Shown here in pieces: positions 19,514-27,749 of a stretch of 38,966 nt of DNA. Each line of letters begins with the position of its first letter. Position 1 is the first letter of the stretch. The translations under genes and the position numbers were made by a program. This DNA is from a virus (taxonomy: Duplodnaviria > Caudoviricetes), in the IMG/VR virus record IMGVR_UViG_3300040985_000661, positions 1-38,966 of that record, one strand, 5' to 3'. The notes under the pieces were generated by a model. It was not told where the DNA came from. It worked only from the letters and a program-made list of their open reading frames with translations, and did not search any database.

Positions 19514-19599
19514 TAATAACGGGCAGGATGCGAAATAAAGGGTACTAAGGGTAGGCCCAGATATGTATTTAGGAAATTGATCTAATAATAACGGGCAGG
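19456..19599. repeat. Exact 72-bp tandem duplication
   Basis: ATGCGAAATAAAGGG...TAATAACGGGCAGG at 19456-19527 and again at 19528-19599. Confidence 0.95.
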
Positions 19600-19827
19600 G
19601 TACTCTGTTCTGTCAAACATTTTGGCAAATTCCATTGCCTCTTTCCTATGTAAGAACCTAAACCTTGTATACAGTCTAGCCTTATTAGTGGCGGTGAATA
19701 CAGCAGACCCCTTTTTATCTTTTACCTCTGCTAATATTCGGATCAGACTATTCATCGTGTCTTGTTTCTCATGTCGATCCCCGAAGGGAAAGTTCATACC
19801 CACCTCACGCACAGGATGATGTACCAT
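19582..19827 (-). CDS. Hypothetical protein (last gene of the minus arm)
   Basis: 81-aa ORF with a TAATG-coupled start. Confidence 0.55.
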   Translation of the reverse strand: MVHHPVREVGMNFPFGDRHEKQDTMNSLIRILAEVKDKKGSAVFTATNKARLYTRFRFLHRKEAMEFAKMFDRTEYPARYY

Positions 19828-19855
19828 TAGGCTGCTATCCTTTCTGGCTTAGTCA

Positions 19856-20347
19856 TTAGTCTTCCCCTTTTGTCTGACGTTTAATAGTTTCCTCAACCCC
19901 TTCAGCTTCAGCCTCAGTAGGGAGGGAGTAGTTCCAGCTACACAGGGCCATAAGGGAGATCATCTTCTCCTCCCCTAATATCTCCATGAACCTGATGATC
20001 TCACGTTCAAGAGTCTCAGAGGATTTCTCCACCACATCAGGGTTCTTACCCCGTATCTTTGCCAGCATATCCAGTGCTTTGATAGCAGTCTGTCCATGCC
20101 CTTGTTGTTTGGCTGTGGCGTACTGGTGTTCTAGTTCATATACAACGTCGAGGTCGGTGGAAAGGTCTTGCTCTAGTTCCTCAATCCTTCTCCGTATCTT
20201 CTCATCCTTTAGGAGTTTGGAACCATGATTGGTGGCAGAGGCATGGGCATACCCTGCTTGCTTTGCACTCTCCGTACCATTCCTACTAAGGACATAGTGA
20301 CGGCAGAAGAGTTCCATTTTCTCATTTAGGAAATCACCTTGAGCCAT
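19856..20347 (-). CDS. terS: Terminase small subunit
   Basis: FCRHYVLSRNGTESAKQAGYAHASATNHGSKLLKDEKIRRRIEEL matches the TerS HTH pattern; AIKALDMLAKIRG oligomerisation helix. Confidence 0.8.
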   Translation of the reverse strand: MAQGDFLNEKMELFCRHYVLSRNGTESAKQAGYAHASATNHGSKLLKDEKIRRRIEELEQDLSTDLDVVYELEHQYATAKQQGHGQTAIKALDMLAKIRGKNPDVVEKSSETLEREIIRFMEILGEEKMISLMALCSWNYSLPTEAEAEGVEETIKRQTKGED

Positions 20348-20531
20348 GAACCACCTTCAAAAACTTATCAACATCATTTTGCATAGTCATACATTTACAT
20401 ACAGGTAGAGGACCCAGACATCCACACATAAAGATATTCCCTACAGGTTCATCAGGGAATTTCTTCAGGGCAAACTTAACATGGGCAACATACTTAGCCA
20501 CTGATTCTAATTCTGAGTCTGTGAAGTTCAT
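20334..20531 (-). CDS. Small Cys-rich hypothetical protein
   Basis: CGC...CKC motif; overlaps the TerS start. Confidence 0.5.
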   Translation of the reverse strand: MNFTDSELESVAKYVAHVKFALKKFPDEPVGNIFMCGCLGPLPVCKCMTMQNDVDKFLKVVHGSR

Positions 20532-20537
20532 TTCATT

Positions 20538-21101
20538 TCACTTCCCCATGATCTTTTTTGCCACAGCATTTAAGAGGGTGACCCCACCCCCATCAGGTTT
20601 CTTCTCCTCACTACGCTTGTACACGTATACTCCGAGGACCGCTAAACCTACACTCCACATTCCCGTCATTCCTATAAGTGCAGAAATTACCGCAGGTGCC
20701 GTTGCGGGTGCCGTCACAATTGTGTACACTATCACCCCCATCTGTGCTGCCCAGCTTACTGCCATGATATACCCGAACGTTGGACGCATCCTTCGGACGT
20801 AGGGGTCGGAGGAAGATACTTCCTTCCTTATTGTACTGTTGATAGCTTTTAATCGTTCTGTCTCCTCTCCATAAAGGGAAGCAGTACTAGAGTTCAACTG
20901 CTGTTGGAACTTGATGAAAGCCTCAGGGCTGTCACGTAGTGCAGCAGCGGCTTGCTCCTGATCGGACTTACCTGTAACAGACAGTGCTATATCTGCAACA
21001 GCTTCAGTTGCCCTATTGGCAATCGAGTCACTGTCACTGTCGAATAGTTTCATTATGTATGGTGCTGCTTGTAAGGCTACACCTAAGAGTGCCGGTAACA
21101 T
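20538..21101 (-). CDS. 3TM holin (GTA holin-like family)
   Basis: EVSSSDPYVRRMRPTFGY followed by two TM helices and a LGVYVYKRSEEK tail; AAAGGAG RBS. Confidence 0.8.
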   Translation of the reverse strand: MLPALLGVALQAAPYIMKLFDSDSDSIANRATEAVADIALSVTGKSDQEQAAAALRDSPEAFIKFQQQLNSSTASLYGEETERLKAINSTIRKEVSSSDPYVRRMRPTFGYIMAVSWAAQMGVIVYTIVTAPATAPAVISALIGMTGMWSVGLAVLGVYVYKRSEEKKPDGGGVTLLNAVAKKIMGK

Positions 21102-21115
21102 TTATATTACTCCTT

Positions 21116-21304
21116 TCAATCCGTTTCAAATCCTACAAATTCTATAAATTCATCTTGATCCCTTGTCCTCATATAAACATCTATATATGTTGTCCCTCCT
21201 CCTACCGTACTCTCCCTGTAACAACGAAAACTTTCCCACCCCAACAACCTCAAAAATTTTAACTTCCCCTTATACATAGCTCGGAGTATATCCCGTTGTG
21301 TCAT
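21116..21304 (-). CDS. Hypothetical protein
   Basis: MTQRDIL...; TAATG-coupled to the upstream fusion gene. Confidence 0.5.
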   Translation of the reverse strand: MTQRDILRAMYKGKLKFLRLLGWESFRCYRESTVGGGTTYIDVYMRTRDQDEFIEFVGFETD

Positions 21305-23571
21305 TACAGTATGTCCTCCCAATAAGTTTCTTTAGCTTTACGTGATGTCCTCCACACTGCTTCACATAAGGAATCCTCCCCATGAAACTCTATAGAGAAA
21401 TCAATATCATGTCTGTCGAATAGTTTCTCACAGTCTTGAGCCATCGCAAGTAGCTCACCTGTAGTAACAAACTTATCACCGTCTGTCTCCACTGTCAAGT
21501 ACTTTGTACGATCATGCTCATCTTTAGCTTCCTTGATTTCCTCATCTGATAAGCCAGTATATGAACCACTGAACCCATACATAATGAAGTTACGGAAACC
21601 TAAGATGTGGAACATACCAAATGCCCTAAGGGCTGCACACGTTCCGCCTGTTACCAGCACAGCACCCTCATGGATGTTAACCCCATCAGCTATAGCCAGC
21701 TTGTCTTGTACGTCAGGGTTCCTGATAGCATCAGAGTAAGCGTGCCATCCTTTGATCTTAGCGTCCAGCCCTAATAGATGGTTGAAGACAGAGGTGTCTG
21801 TCATGGATGCCACAAGGAATGTCGTTTCCTTCAAGGGGGCAATGAACAAATCCTTACGCTTAATCCCATGAGTGGATATACCATCTATAGGACGGGGGTC
21901 AAGAATGACACAGTAGTCAGGGACTATCCCATGCTTCATAAGAACAGGGAAGGAATGTTTAACACATACAATGATAGCAGTGGGTCTTTCTTTTATTGTC
22001 TCTGACAATTCATCAACATCAAAAGGACCGCCGCTTACCAGTATAATATCCTGTGTAGCCATCCCACAATTCTCAATCCAATTCCAATCCTTCTCTGTTA
22101 GGAGTTTGACATTGGTGTTGATGTTGTTATGGATGTAATCCACTGGCATACAGTCGCGTGGGGAGATGACGATAGGAACCTTACGTAGGTCTTCAGGAAT
22201 GTCAGGCATCCCATCTTTGTACACCACTGCAAGATGGGTAGTCCCTCCTCCTAATACAGGGTCAGAAGAAGGTAAGACTTTAATGTTCCACTTGTTCTCC
22301 TTATCCTCTGAGAGGTTAGTGATAACCTGATTAGTACCACAGTGTTCTTCGGGGGGTTGTACCCCATTAGCATCCTTTGAAAAGAAATCATCGAACACTA
22401 CTAAGGGGATGCTAGACAGTGCCTCCCAATCAGAGTTGCATGTCTCAAAGGAATGACCACCATCTATATAAGCGAAGTCAATCCCTTTAGTGTCAAAGTC
22501 TTTCAAGGTTTCTTTAGTATCCCCTTGATAAAGCTGATGGATGAATGTCTTACCTTTCTTCTCCATCAACAGACTGAACTCATCAAGCCTACTATTCACA
22601 GCGTCTATAGTATTATGAGCTTTAGTGTTGAGTTCTACTTTATCTGATTCCTCAGTGGCTTCCTCAAATAAATCGAAGCCCCAGTATTCTACAACATCGT
22701 GATGTTCAAAAGCAGCAAGGGCCATCTCAATAGCCCTCCCACCATTCCATGTTCCTACCTCTACAATCTTATTAATATCGTAGTGTCGGATCAAGGTGGC
22801 TAACTGTCCATAACGTTTAGGCCCTACCACATCAGGGGATGTTTGGGAACGGGAGAGTTTACGATTCCCTTTGAAGTGTGTCATATAAGAATTGACAGGG
22901 CTTTGTCCAAACGCATCAAGCCCTGTAGCTAACGGGGTAAGGTTCTGTGCCTTGAGGCCATGTGCTTTATGGATGTTGAGCAGACGTTCGATGATGAACC
23001 CGTCGTGCCATTCCCTATAACCTAACACTTCACCACTAATGTAGGCACCACGGATGTCACCTAACAATTCACAAGGTCCCTGCTTGGTAAGGTTGAACCC
23101 TAAGAAGGATGTCTCACTATAGTCTGTGTCCTTCCTACCTAAGTGGATTAGGTCTTTCTTGAAGTCACAGAACTTGTTAAGGATATTCTTATTGAATGGT
23201 TTGGTGGTGATGGTATCAGCATCTAACCAGAACAGCCAGTGATGATCCCTTTCCATCAGTTCAAAAGAGAACTCAGTCAGGGCAAAGACTTTATGGCACC
23301 ACTTAATAGAGTCCATACGCCAGTTGTATTCAGTCTTACCTCCATGAGTACCATCATAAGGCTTCATCGCATCCCTATAGGTAAGCATATCCTCAATGAC
23401 GTTAAGGTTTCTGAAGGTGACCCTGTCTGTATTCTCTTCAGGCATGTCAAAGTCATGGTAGAAACAGGTAAGGTGGAGGGAATCATCCCAGTATTCCTTT
23501 ACTGAATCCAGCATCTTCTTTCCATAGAGGTTATAACCCTCTTCATTCATACTGGTTACAAAATTAATCAT
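21304..23571 (-). CDS. Three-domain fusion: GT-A glycosyltransferase + class I methyltransferase + Maf/DUF115 (MptE-like) domain
   Basis: FWLDADT (DxD) and HFKG in about aa 1-240; IVEVGTWNG, YWGFDLFE, AYIDGGHS and VVFDD in the middle; ILVSGGP, GIVPDYCVILDP and GGTCAALRA...LGFRNFIMYGF at the C-terminus. Confidence 0.75.
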   Translation of the reverse strand: MINFVTSMNEEGYNLYGKKMLDSVKEYWDDSLHLTCFYHDFDMPEENTDRVTFRNLNVIEDMLTYRDAMKPYDGTHGGKTEYNWRMDSIKWCHKVFALTEFSFELMERDHHWLFWLDADTITTKPFNKNILNKFCDFKKDLIHLGRKDTDYSETSFLGFNLTKQGPCELLGDIRGAYISGEVLGYREWHDGFIIERLLNIHKAHGLKAQNLTPLATGLDAFGQSPVNSYMTHFKGNRKLSRSQTSPDVVGPKRYGQLATLIRHYDINKIVEVGTWNGGRAIEMALAAFEHHDVVEYWGFDLFEEATEESDKVELNTKAHNTIDAVNSRLDEFSLLMEKKGKTFIHQLYQGDTKETLKDFDTKGIDFAYIDGGHSFETCNSDWEALSSIPLVVFDDFFSKDANGVQPPEEHCGTNQVITNLSEDKENKWNIKVLPSSDPVLGGGTTHLAVVYKDGMPDIPEDLRKVPIVISPRDCMPVDYIHNNINTNVKLLTEKDWNWIENCGMATQDIILVSGGPFDVDELSETIKERPTAIIVCVKHSFPVLMKHGIVPDYCVILDPRPIDGISTHGIKRKDLFIAPLKETTFLVASMTDTSVFNHLLGLDAKIKGWHAYSDAIRNPDVQDKLAIADGVNIHEGAVLVTGGTCAALRAFGMFHILGFRNFIMYGFSGSYTGLSDEEIKEAKDEHDRTKYLTVETDGDKFVTTGELLAMAQDCEKLFDRHDIDFSIEFHGEDSLCEAVWRTSRKAKETYWEDIL

Positions 23572-23782
23572 CTGATGGTACCTTCCTCCACTCCGAACTT
23601 AAATGAATACCCTGAAAATTATTTTGAATCCACATTTGGTGTAGTACTCCCTTTATAAATTTAATGTTAACGGTTGGTTCCCAATGTCCTTCACAGGAGG
23701 CTACAGTATGTCCCGCTATTAACAACTCCCCTGTACATAAATTACCTGTGTAAGTAAGTGTATCCCCTGTTAACTCAGTCAT
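23564..23782 (-). CDS. Small hypothetical protein
   Basis: MTELTGD...LHQMW...EWRKVP; overlaps both neighbours by 8 nt. Confidence 0.55.
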   Translation of the reverse strand: MTELTGDTLTYTGNLCTGELLIAGHTVASCEGHWEPTVNIKFIKGVLHQMWIQNNFQGIHLSSEWRKVPSDD

Positions 23783-24707
23783 AGATGACGCACTCCTCAC
23801 AGATGGTTCCAGTTACATCCTTCTCAAGATGTTTCTTTCGTAGGTCTTGAAATTTATTAGAGTGCCATGCTTCCATGAAGGATACTTCATTCAGGTCCCC
23901 CATGTTGAATCGGTTGTCATGGTCGAAACAACAGGCACTCAATCGTCCGTCGAAGGAGATGTGTCCTTCTGTGAAGATACTCCAGCAAGGTAAGGGATCG
24001 CGTAGATTGTCGAGCCTCCCTCTATTACCTTGTACAAAACTCCACTCATCGTTTTCAACCAGTGCTGCTTGATTGTAAAGGGGGAGAGCGTAGAGTTCAT
24101 CCACGTAGGGTCTGACGCTGTCAAGATATTCATTTATTTTTTCACCTTGTTCCCCATCATATTCAATATAAGATGCATACAGACCACAGTCGTAGTGACC
24201 AAAGTTTCTGGCATGGTACGCTTGTATTAAGTTCTCTTTGATTTTATAGAACAACGAACCCTTTACATCCGCCACCTCTTTGAACTGCTCTTCATCAGCA
24301 TAGTTAAGGGAGAACTTCAAACTGTCCAGCCCTGCTTCGAAGCAGTCAACTACTTTCGCAGGTGTAGCAAGGGAGCCATTAGTTGTGAGGAATACATAAG
24401 GGTAACCACATTCCTCTTTAGCAAAACGGATAGCATCAGGGAGCCACTTACATAGGAAGGACTCACCTAAATAGAACACACCAAGTTCCTCCACTCCTGC
24501 TTCACGCATCTCTTTAACGACACGCTTGAAGAAGTCGAAGTTCATTTCATTAGTGGTACGTAGGCGTTGTGAGTGGGCGCAGAAGTGACATCGGAAGTTA
24601 CACTTCCCTGTGATCTCTATCTTTACACTCTTAGGGGCAGGAGGTAGGGGAGTAGAATACTCCTCAGTCATCCCAGTTATATTGTCGATGCGTGAGGTAA
24701 TAGTCAT
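23775..24707 (-). CDS. Radical SAM enzyme with C-terminal SPASM/twitch Fe-S domain
   Basis: CNFRCHFC (CxxxCxxC), GE motif, LTTNGS; C-terminal PCW...DGRLSACCFD...MGDL...CEEC. Confidence 0.9.
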   Translation of the reverse strand: MTITSRIDNITGMTEEYSTPLPPAPKSVKIEITGKCNFRCHFCAHSQRLRTTNEMNFDFFKRVVKEMREAGVEELGVFYLGESFLCKWLPDAIRFAKEECGYPYVFLTTNGSLATPAKVVDCFEAGLDSLKFSLNYADEEQFKEVADVKGSLFYKIKENLIQAYHARNFGHYDCGLYASYIEYDGEQGEKINEYLDSVRPYVDELYALPLYNQAALVENDEWSFVQGNRGRLDNLRDPLPCWSIFTEGHISFDGRLSACCFDHDNRFNMGDLNEVSFMEAWHSNKFQDLRKKHLEKDVTGTICEECVIYD

Positions 24708-24724
24708 GTCCCCTACCTTAATCC

Positions 24725-24931
24725 TTATTTCTTAGTTGATTCCAATAAGCCAAACGAATCCTCTACATCCTGTCGATAGGTCTGTAGGGTTTCAATCTGA
24801 TCGTCAATAGCTTTCAAGGTACGAGCCTGTTGTTTATCCTGTAGACTCTTCAGTGTAGAGTCAGACACAACATAAACCTGAGGCTGAGTCATTGAAGCGG
24901 TTCGAAACATTTCGTTTAAGATTCCATACAT
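24725..24931 (-). CDS. Small coiled-coil protein (68 aa)
   Basis: AAAAGGAG RBS then MYGILNEMF...PQVYVVSDSTLKSLQ...IDDQIETLQTYR. Confidence 0.7.
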   Translation of the reverse strand: MYGILNEMFRTASMTQPQVYVVSDSTLKSLQDKQQARTLKAIDDQIETLQTYRQDVEDSFGLLESTKK

Positions 24932-24991
24932 TTGTTTTCTCCTTTTAGAGATAAGCGAGTTGAGGTTAATGGTCCCTATCATAGGCAACCA
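24932..24991 (-). promoter_or_regulatory. Structured 5' leader (bulged hairpin, CTCGCT box, RBS)
   Basis: Minus strand reads TGGTTGCCTATGATAGGGACCA (hairpin, 24970-24991) then AACTCGCTTATCTCTAAAAGGAG. Confidence 0.45.
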
Positions 24992-25022
24992 CTCTATATA
25001 ATACTCTTATGTCCCTGAGTAA

Positions 25023-25127
25023 TCAAGAAATAATTGTATTGATTAAGTATAATATTGAACAGATGAGGGCAGCAGCAGGGATAGCCACAGCCGCTATCAT
25101 AAAGAGGAAGATGAAGAGGTCAATCAC
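25023..25127 (-). CDS. Small hydrophobic membrane peptide (34 aa)
   Basis: GTG start after a purine-rich RBS; (M)IDLFIFLFMIAAVAIPAAALICSILYLINTIIS*. Confidence 0.45.
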   Translation of the reverse strand: MIDLFIFLFMIAAVAIPAAALICSILYLINTIIS

Positions 25128-25221
25128 CTCCCTTCTCCTTAGGCTTTGGTTTTTTCTTAAAGATATTATTCCACCCTTCACGATAGGCAGGGGTTACTTT
25201 CTTTTGGGTTTCATCTGTCAT
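25120..25221 (-). CDS. Small basic peptide (33 aa)
   Basis: MTDETQKKVTPAYREGWNNIFKKKPKPKEKGGD*; GGAG RBS; YxxGWxxIF pattern. Confidence 0.55.
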   Translation of the reverse strand: MTDETQKKVTPAYREGWNNIFKKKPKPKEKGGD

Positions 25222-25224
25222 CTT

Positions 25225-25686
25225 TCACTCCCTATAAAATAAATGTCTACCAACCCTACCTATGTAGGTCAGTGCCTTACTCCAGTAAGGCTTCACGTAG
25301 TGGGCATGATAATGTGTGGCCCCTTCTAGCTCTGCTGATGATGCTCCATCTAATGCTAATCGTGCCACATGTGAGGCCATAAGTCTAGCCTTTTTATTAG
25401 GCATCCTCTCATGCTTCCCATCACACCAGTAGGAGAAGGAACACCTATGGTGGACAACCTCACATACTGTGTCCCCATACTTCCCCTCACTGACCCTGTT
25501 AAGGATCACAGTTGCCACTCCTAACTGTCCGAGTAAGGGTTCTCCCCTACTCTCATAGTAGACAGCTTCGGTAAGACATCCCAACTCTCCTGCATGGGCA
25601 GAGCGTAACATAACCCCTGCTAATATGAGAAGGACGAAGAGGGCTACTATGAGAGCCCATATGGATTGCTGTTTCAATTTACTCAT
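25225..25686 (-). CDS. Cell wall hydrolase, SleB / Hydrolase_2 family, with N-terminal TM or signal segment
   Basis: CLTEAVYYESRGE, VILNRV, TVCEVV, FSYWCDG, GATHYHA.YVKPYW and GRHLFY motifs. Confidence 0.9.
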   Translation of the reverse strand: MSKLKQQSIWALIVALFVLLILAGVMLRSAHAGELGCLTEAVYYESRGEPLLGQLGVATVILNRVSEGKYGDTVCEVVHHRCSFSYWCDGKHERMPNKKARLMASHVARLALDGASSAELEGATHYHAHYVKPYWSKALTYIGRVGRHLFYRE

Positions 25687-27370
25687 CACAAGTTTTATTC
25701 CCTGTATCTGGGTCAATGAAACATGCTGCACCCTCTGGCTCTGGTGTAACTTCCTTTAGGATACCAGTACGGGAACCAGCAGCACGGTAGGTGGTGATAC
25801 CCTTTAGCTTACCCTTCCATGCTTTGACATAGACATCTTTGAAGTCATCGAAGGATACATCAGCCCCAACGTTGATTGTCTTAGACACAGCGGAGTCCAC
25901 ATAAGGTTGGACTGCTATCTGCATATCAAGATGTTCATCAACGCTTAGTTCATCAGAGGTTGCCCCCTTCAATCCAAAGTAATGGTAGGCATAGTCTTGA
26001 AGGATGACTTCCTTAGACCCTTCCTCAGTGAGGACAGTACGCTGTACCTCTGTAAGGAACACAGGTTCTATCCCACTGCTGATGTTGTCAGCGGTGAAAG
26101 AGATTGTCCCAGTAGGGGCAATGGAGATTAGGTGGGAGTTACGCATTCCCTGTGTTTCTATTTTAAGTCTGATATCCTCAGGGAGTCGGGCAATAAATGC
26201 TCCACTTAAATACTCAGCTTCCTTATAAGCAGGGAAGCTCCCCTTCTCTAAGGCAAGGTCAGACGATGCCTCATATGCAGTATAGGTAAGGGTACGCATC
26301 ACCTTCCGTACAAATTTAACTGCTGCGGGTGAACCATAACGGATACCCATCATAAGTAATGCACTGGCAAGTCCTGTTATACCTAACCCCATCCTACGTT
26401 TTGTCTTAGCTTCCAACTCCTGTTGGGGGAGGGGGTAAGAGGTTCTATCAATTACGTTGTCAACGGCTCTGACCACATGAGGGATGTCAGCTTTAAGTTC
26501 ATCATAATTAAACTTCCCATCTTCCACATACTTAGTCAGGTTAAACGAACCTAACAAGCAAGCACCGTAAGGTGGAAGTGGCTGCTCACCACATGGGTTG
26601 GTTGCACAAATAGTTTCCATGTAATGTAGGTTGTTGTCAGCATTAATCCTGTCAAGGAAAATGACACCCGGTTCAGCCCACTCATAAGTGGAGCGCATGA
26701 TCTCATCCCATAAGGCAACAGCATTGATGGTCTTGTATACAACCCCATTGAACTTGAGGTCAAAGCTCTTACCTTTGACAACTGCATCCATGAACTCATC
26801 GGTGATCCCAACAGAGATGTTGAAGTTAGTAAGGGCATGTGAGTTACGCTTGGCCCTGATAAACTCTTCTATGTCAGGGTGATCACAACGGAGGACCATC
26901 ATCATGGCACCCCTACGGTGATTGGCTGACATGATTGTCTTACAGAGGGAGTTAAAGATTTCAGCAAAGGAGATGGGGCCAGACGATGATGAGTCTAAAG
27001 AAACAATCCTGTCCCCTTTAGGGCGTAGGAGGGAGAAGTCGTAACCGATACCTCCACCCCTACGCATAGTCTCTGCTGCCTCTGCAACGCGTAGCATGAT
27101 AGAGTCCATTGAATCTTCAATGACCCCACTGACAAAGCAGTTGAACGCAGTGACATTACGGGGGGAACCCATAGAGGATTGCACCCGCCCTGCGTTAAGG
27201 AACTTCTGCATCATTAAGATTAGTTTGAATATGACACGGTGTTCTTCTGTGTCAGACATGGCAGCAGCCTGTCGTGCCATAGCCTCCCCATAGGACTCGT
27301 ATGTTAAGCAGTATTTATCTGAGTGTAACTCAGCACAGGCTGGAACCTGTGGTCCGTAATTCTCCATCAT
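25679..27370 (-). CDS. nrdJ: Ribonucleotide reductase class II (adenosylcobalamin-dependent)
   Basis: FNCFV, RRGAMM, TNPCGEQPL, CLLGSFNL, APTGTIS, SAVSKTIN and a C-terminal Cys pair; 563 aa with no ATP cone and no beta-subunit gene nearby. Confidence 0.85.
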   Translation of the reverse strand: MMENYGPQVPACAELHSDKYCLTYESYGEAMARQAAAMSDTEEHRVIFKLILMMQKFLNAGRVQSSMGSPRNVTAFNCFVSGVIEDSMDSIMLRVAEAAETMRRGGGIGYDFSLLRPKGDRIVSLDSSSSGPISFAEIFNSLCKTIMSANHRRGAMMMVLRCDHPDIEEFIRAKRNSHALTNFNISVGITDEFMDAVVKGKSFDLKFNGVVYKTINAVALWDEIMRSTYEWAEPGVIFLDRINADNNLHYMETICATNPCGEQPLPPYGACLLGSFNLTKYVEDGKFNYDELKADIPHVVRAVDNVIDRTSYPLPQQELEAKTKRRMGLGITGLASALLMMGIRYGSPAAVKFVRKVMRTLTYTAYEASSDLALEKGSFPAYKEAEYLSGAFIARLPEDIRLKIETQGMRNSHLISIAPTGTISFTADNISSGIEPVFLTEVQRTVLTEEGSKEVILQDYAYHYFGLKGATSDELSVDEHLDMQIAVQPYVDSAVSKTINVGADVSFDDFKDVYVKAWKGKLKGITTYRAAGSRTGILKEVTPEPEGAACFIDPDTGNKTCDE

Positions 27371-27738
27371 GTTTCCTTTACTTCAATAAGTTTAGTCAAA
27401 TACCATTGGGCTTTCTTTAAATCTTCTACACCATTCTTGTAACGGTAACGCCACATGTACTTGATGATGTTACCTTGTAGGTAATATTCAAACCCTTCAT
27501 CAGTTGCAGCATGGATAGCATCTATACACTCAATCCCTGCCTGATTATAATGGGATGGGTTGTTAACTAAATCTTCTTCAGATTGAGGTCCTCTAGTGAT
27601 GAGAGTATCCTCACATGTATACCCATAACATTTAGCACACTTCCCTTGTACTGTTGGAGCATCGGGATTATTTCTCTTACATAGATGTTCTCCGTCTACG
27701 TAATCTGAGAACAATGGGTCAGTCATAGATGGAATCAT
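27367..27738 (-). CDS. DUF3310 protein (T7 gp1.7 nucleotide kinase-like)
   Basis: DLVNNPSHY...IECIDAI...GNIIKYMWRYRYKNGVEDLKKAQWYL. Confidence 0.85.
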   Translation of the reverse strand: MIPSMTDPLFSDYVDGEHLCKRNNPDAPTVQGKCAKCYGYTCEDTLITRGPQSEEDLVNNPSHYNQAGIECIDAIHAATDEGFEYYLQGNIIKYMWRYRYKNGVEDLKKAQWYLTKLIEVKET

Positions 27739-27749
27739 ATTAATCTCCT

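Noticed and set aside
23775-24707. 7-deazaguanine (QueE) DNA modification pathway
   Set aside because: The twitch-type C-terminus does not fit QueE, and no QueC, QueD, FolE or DpdA is visible.
25009-25242. Plus-strand 77-aa ORF
   Set aside because: It is antisense to two coupled minus-strand small ORFs that have RBSs and fit the operon direction.
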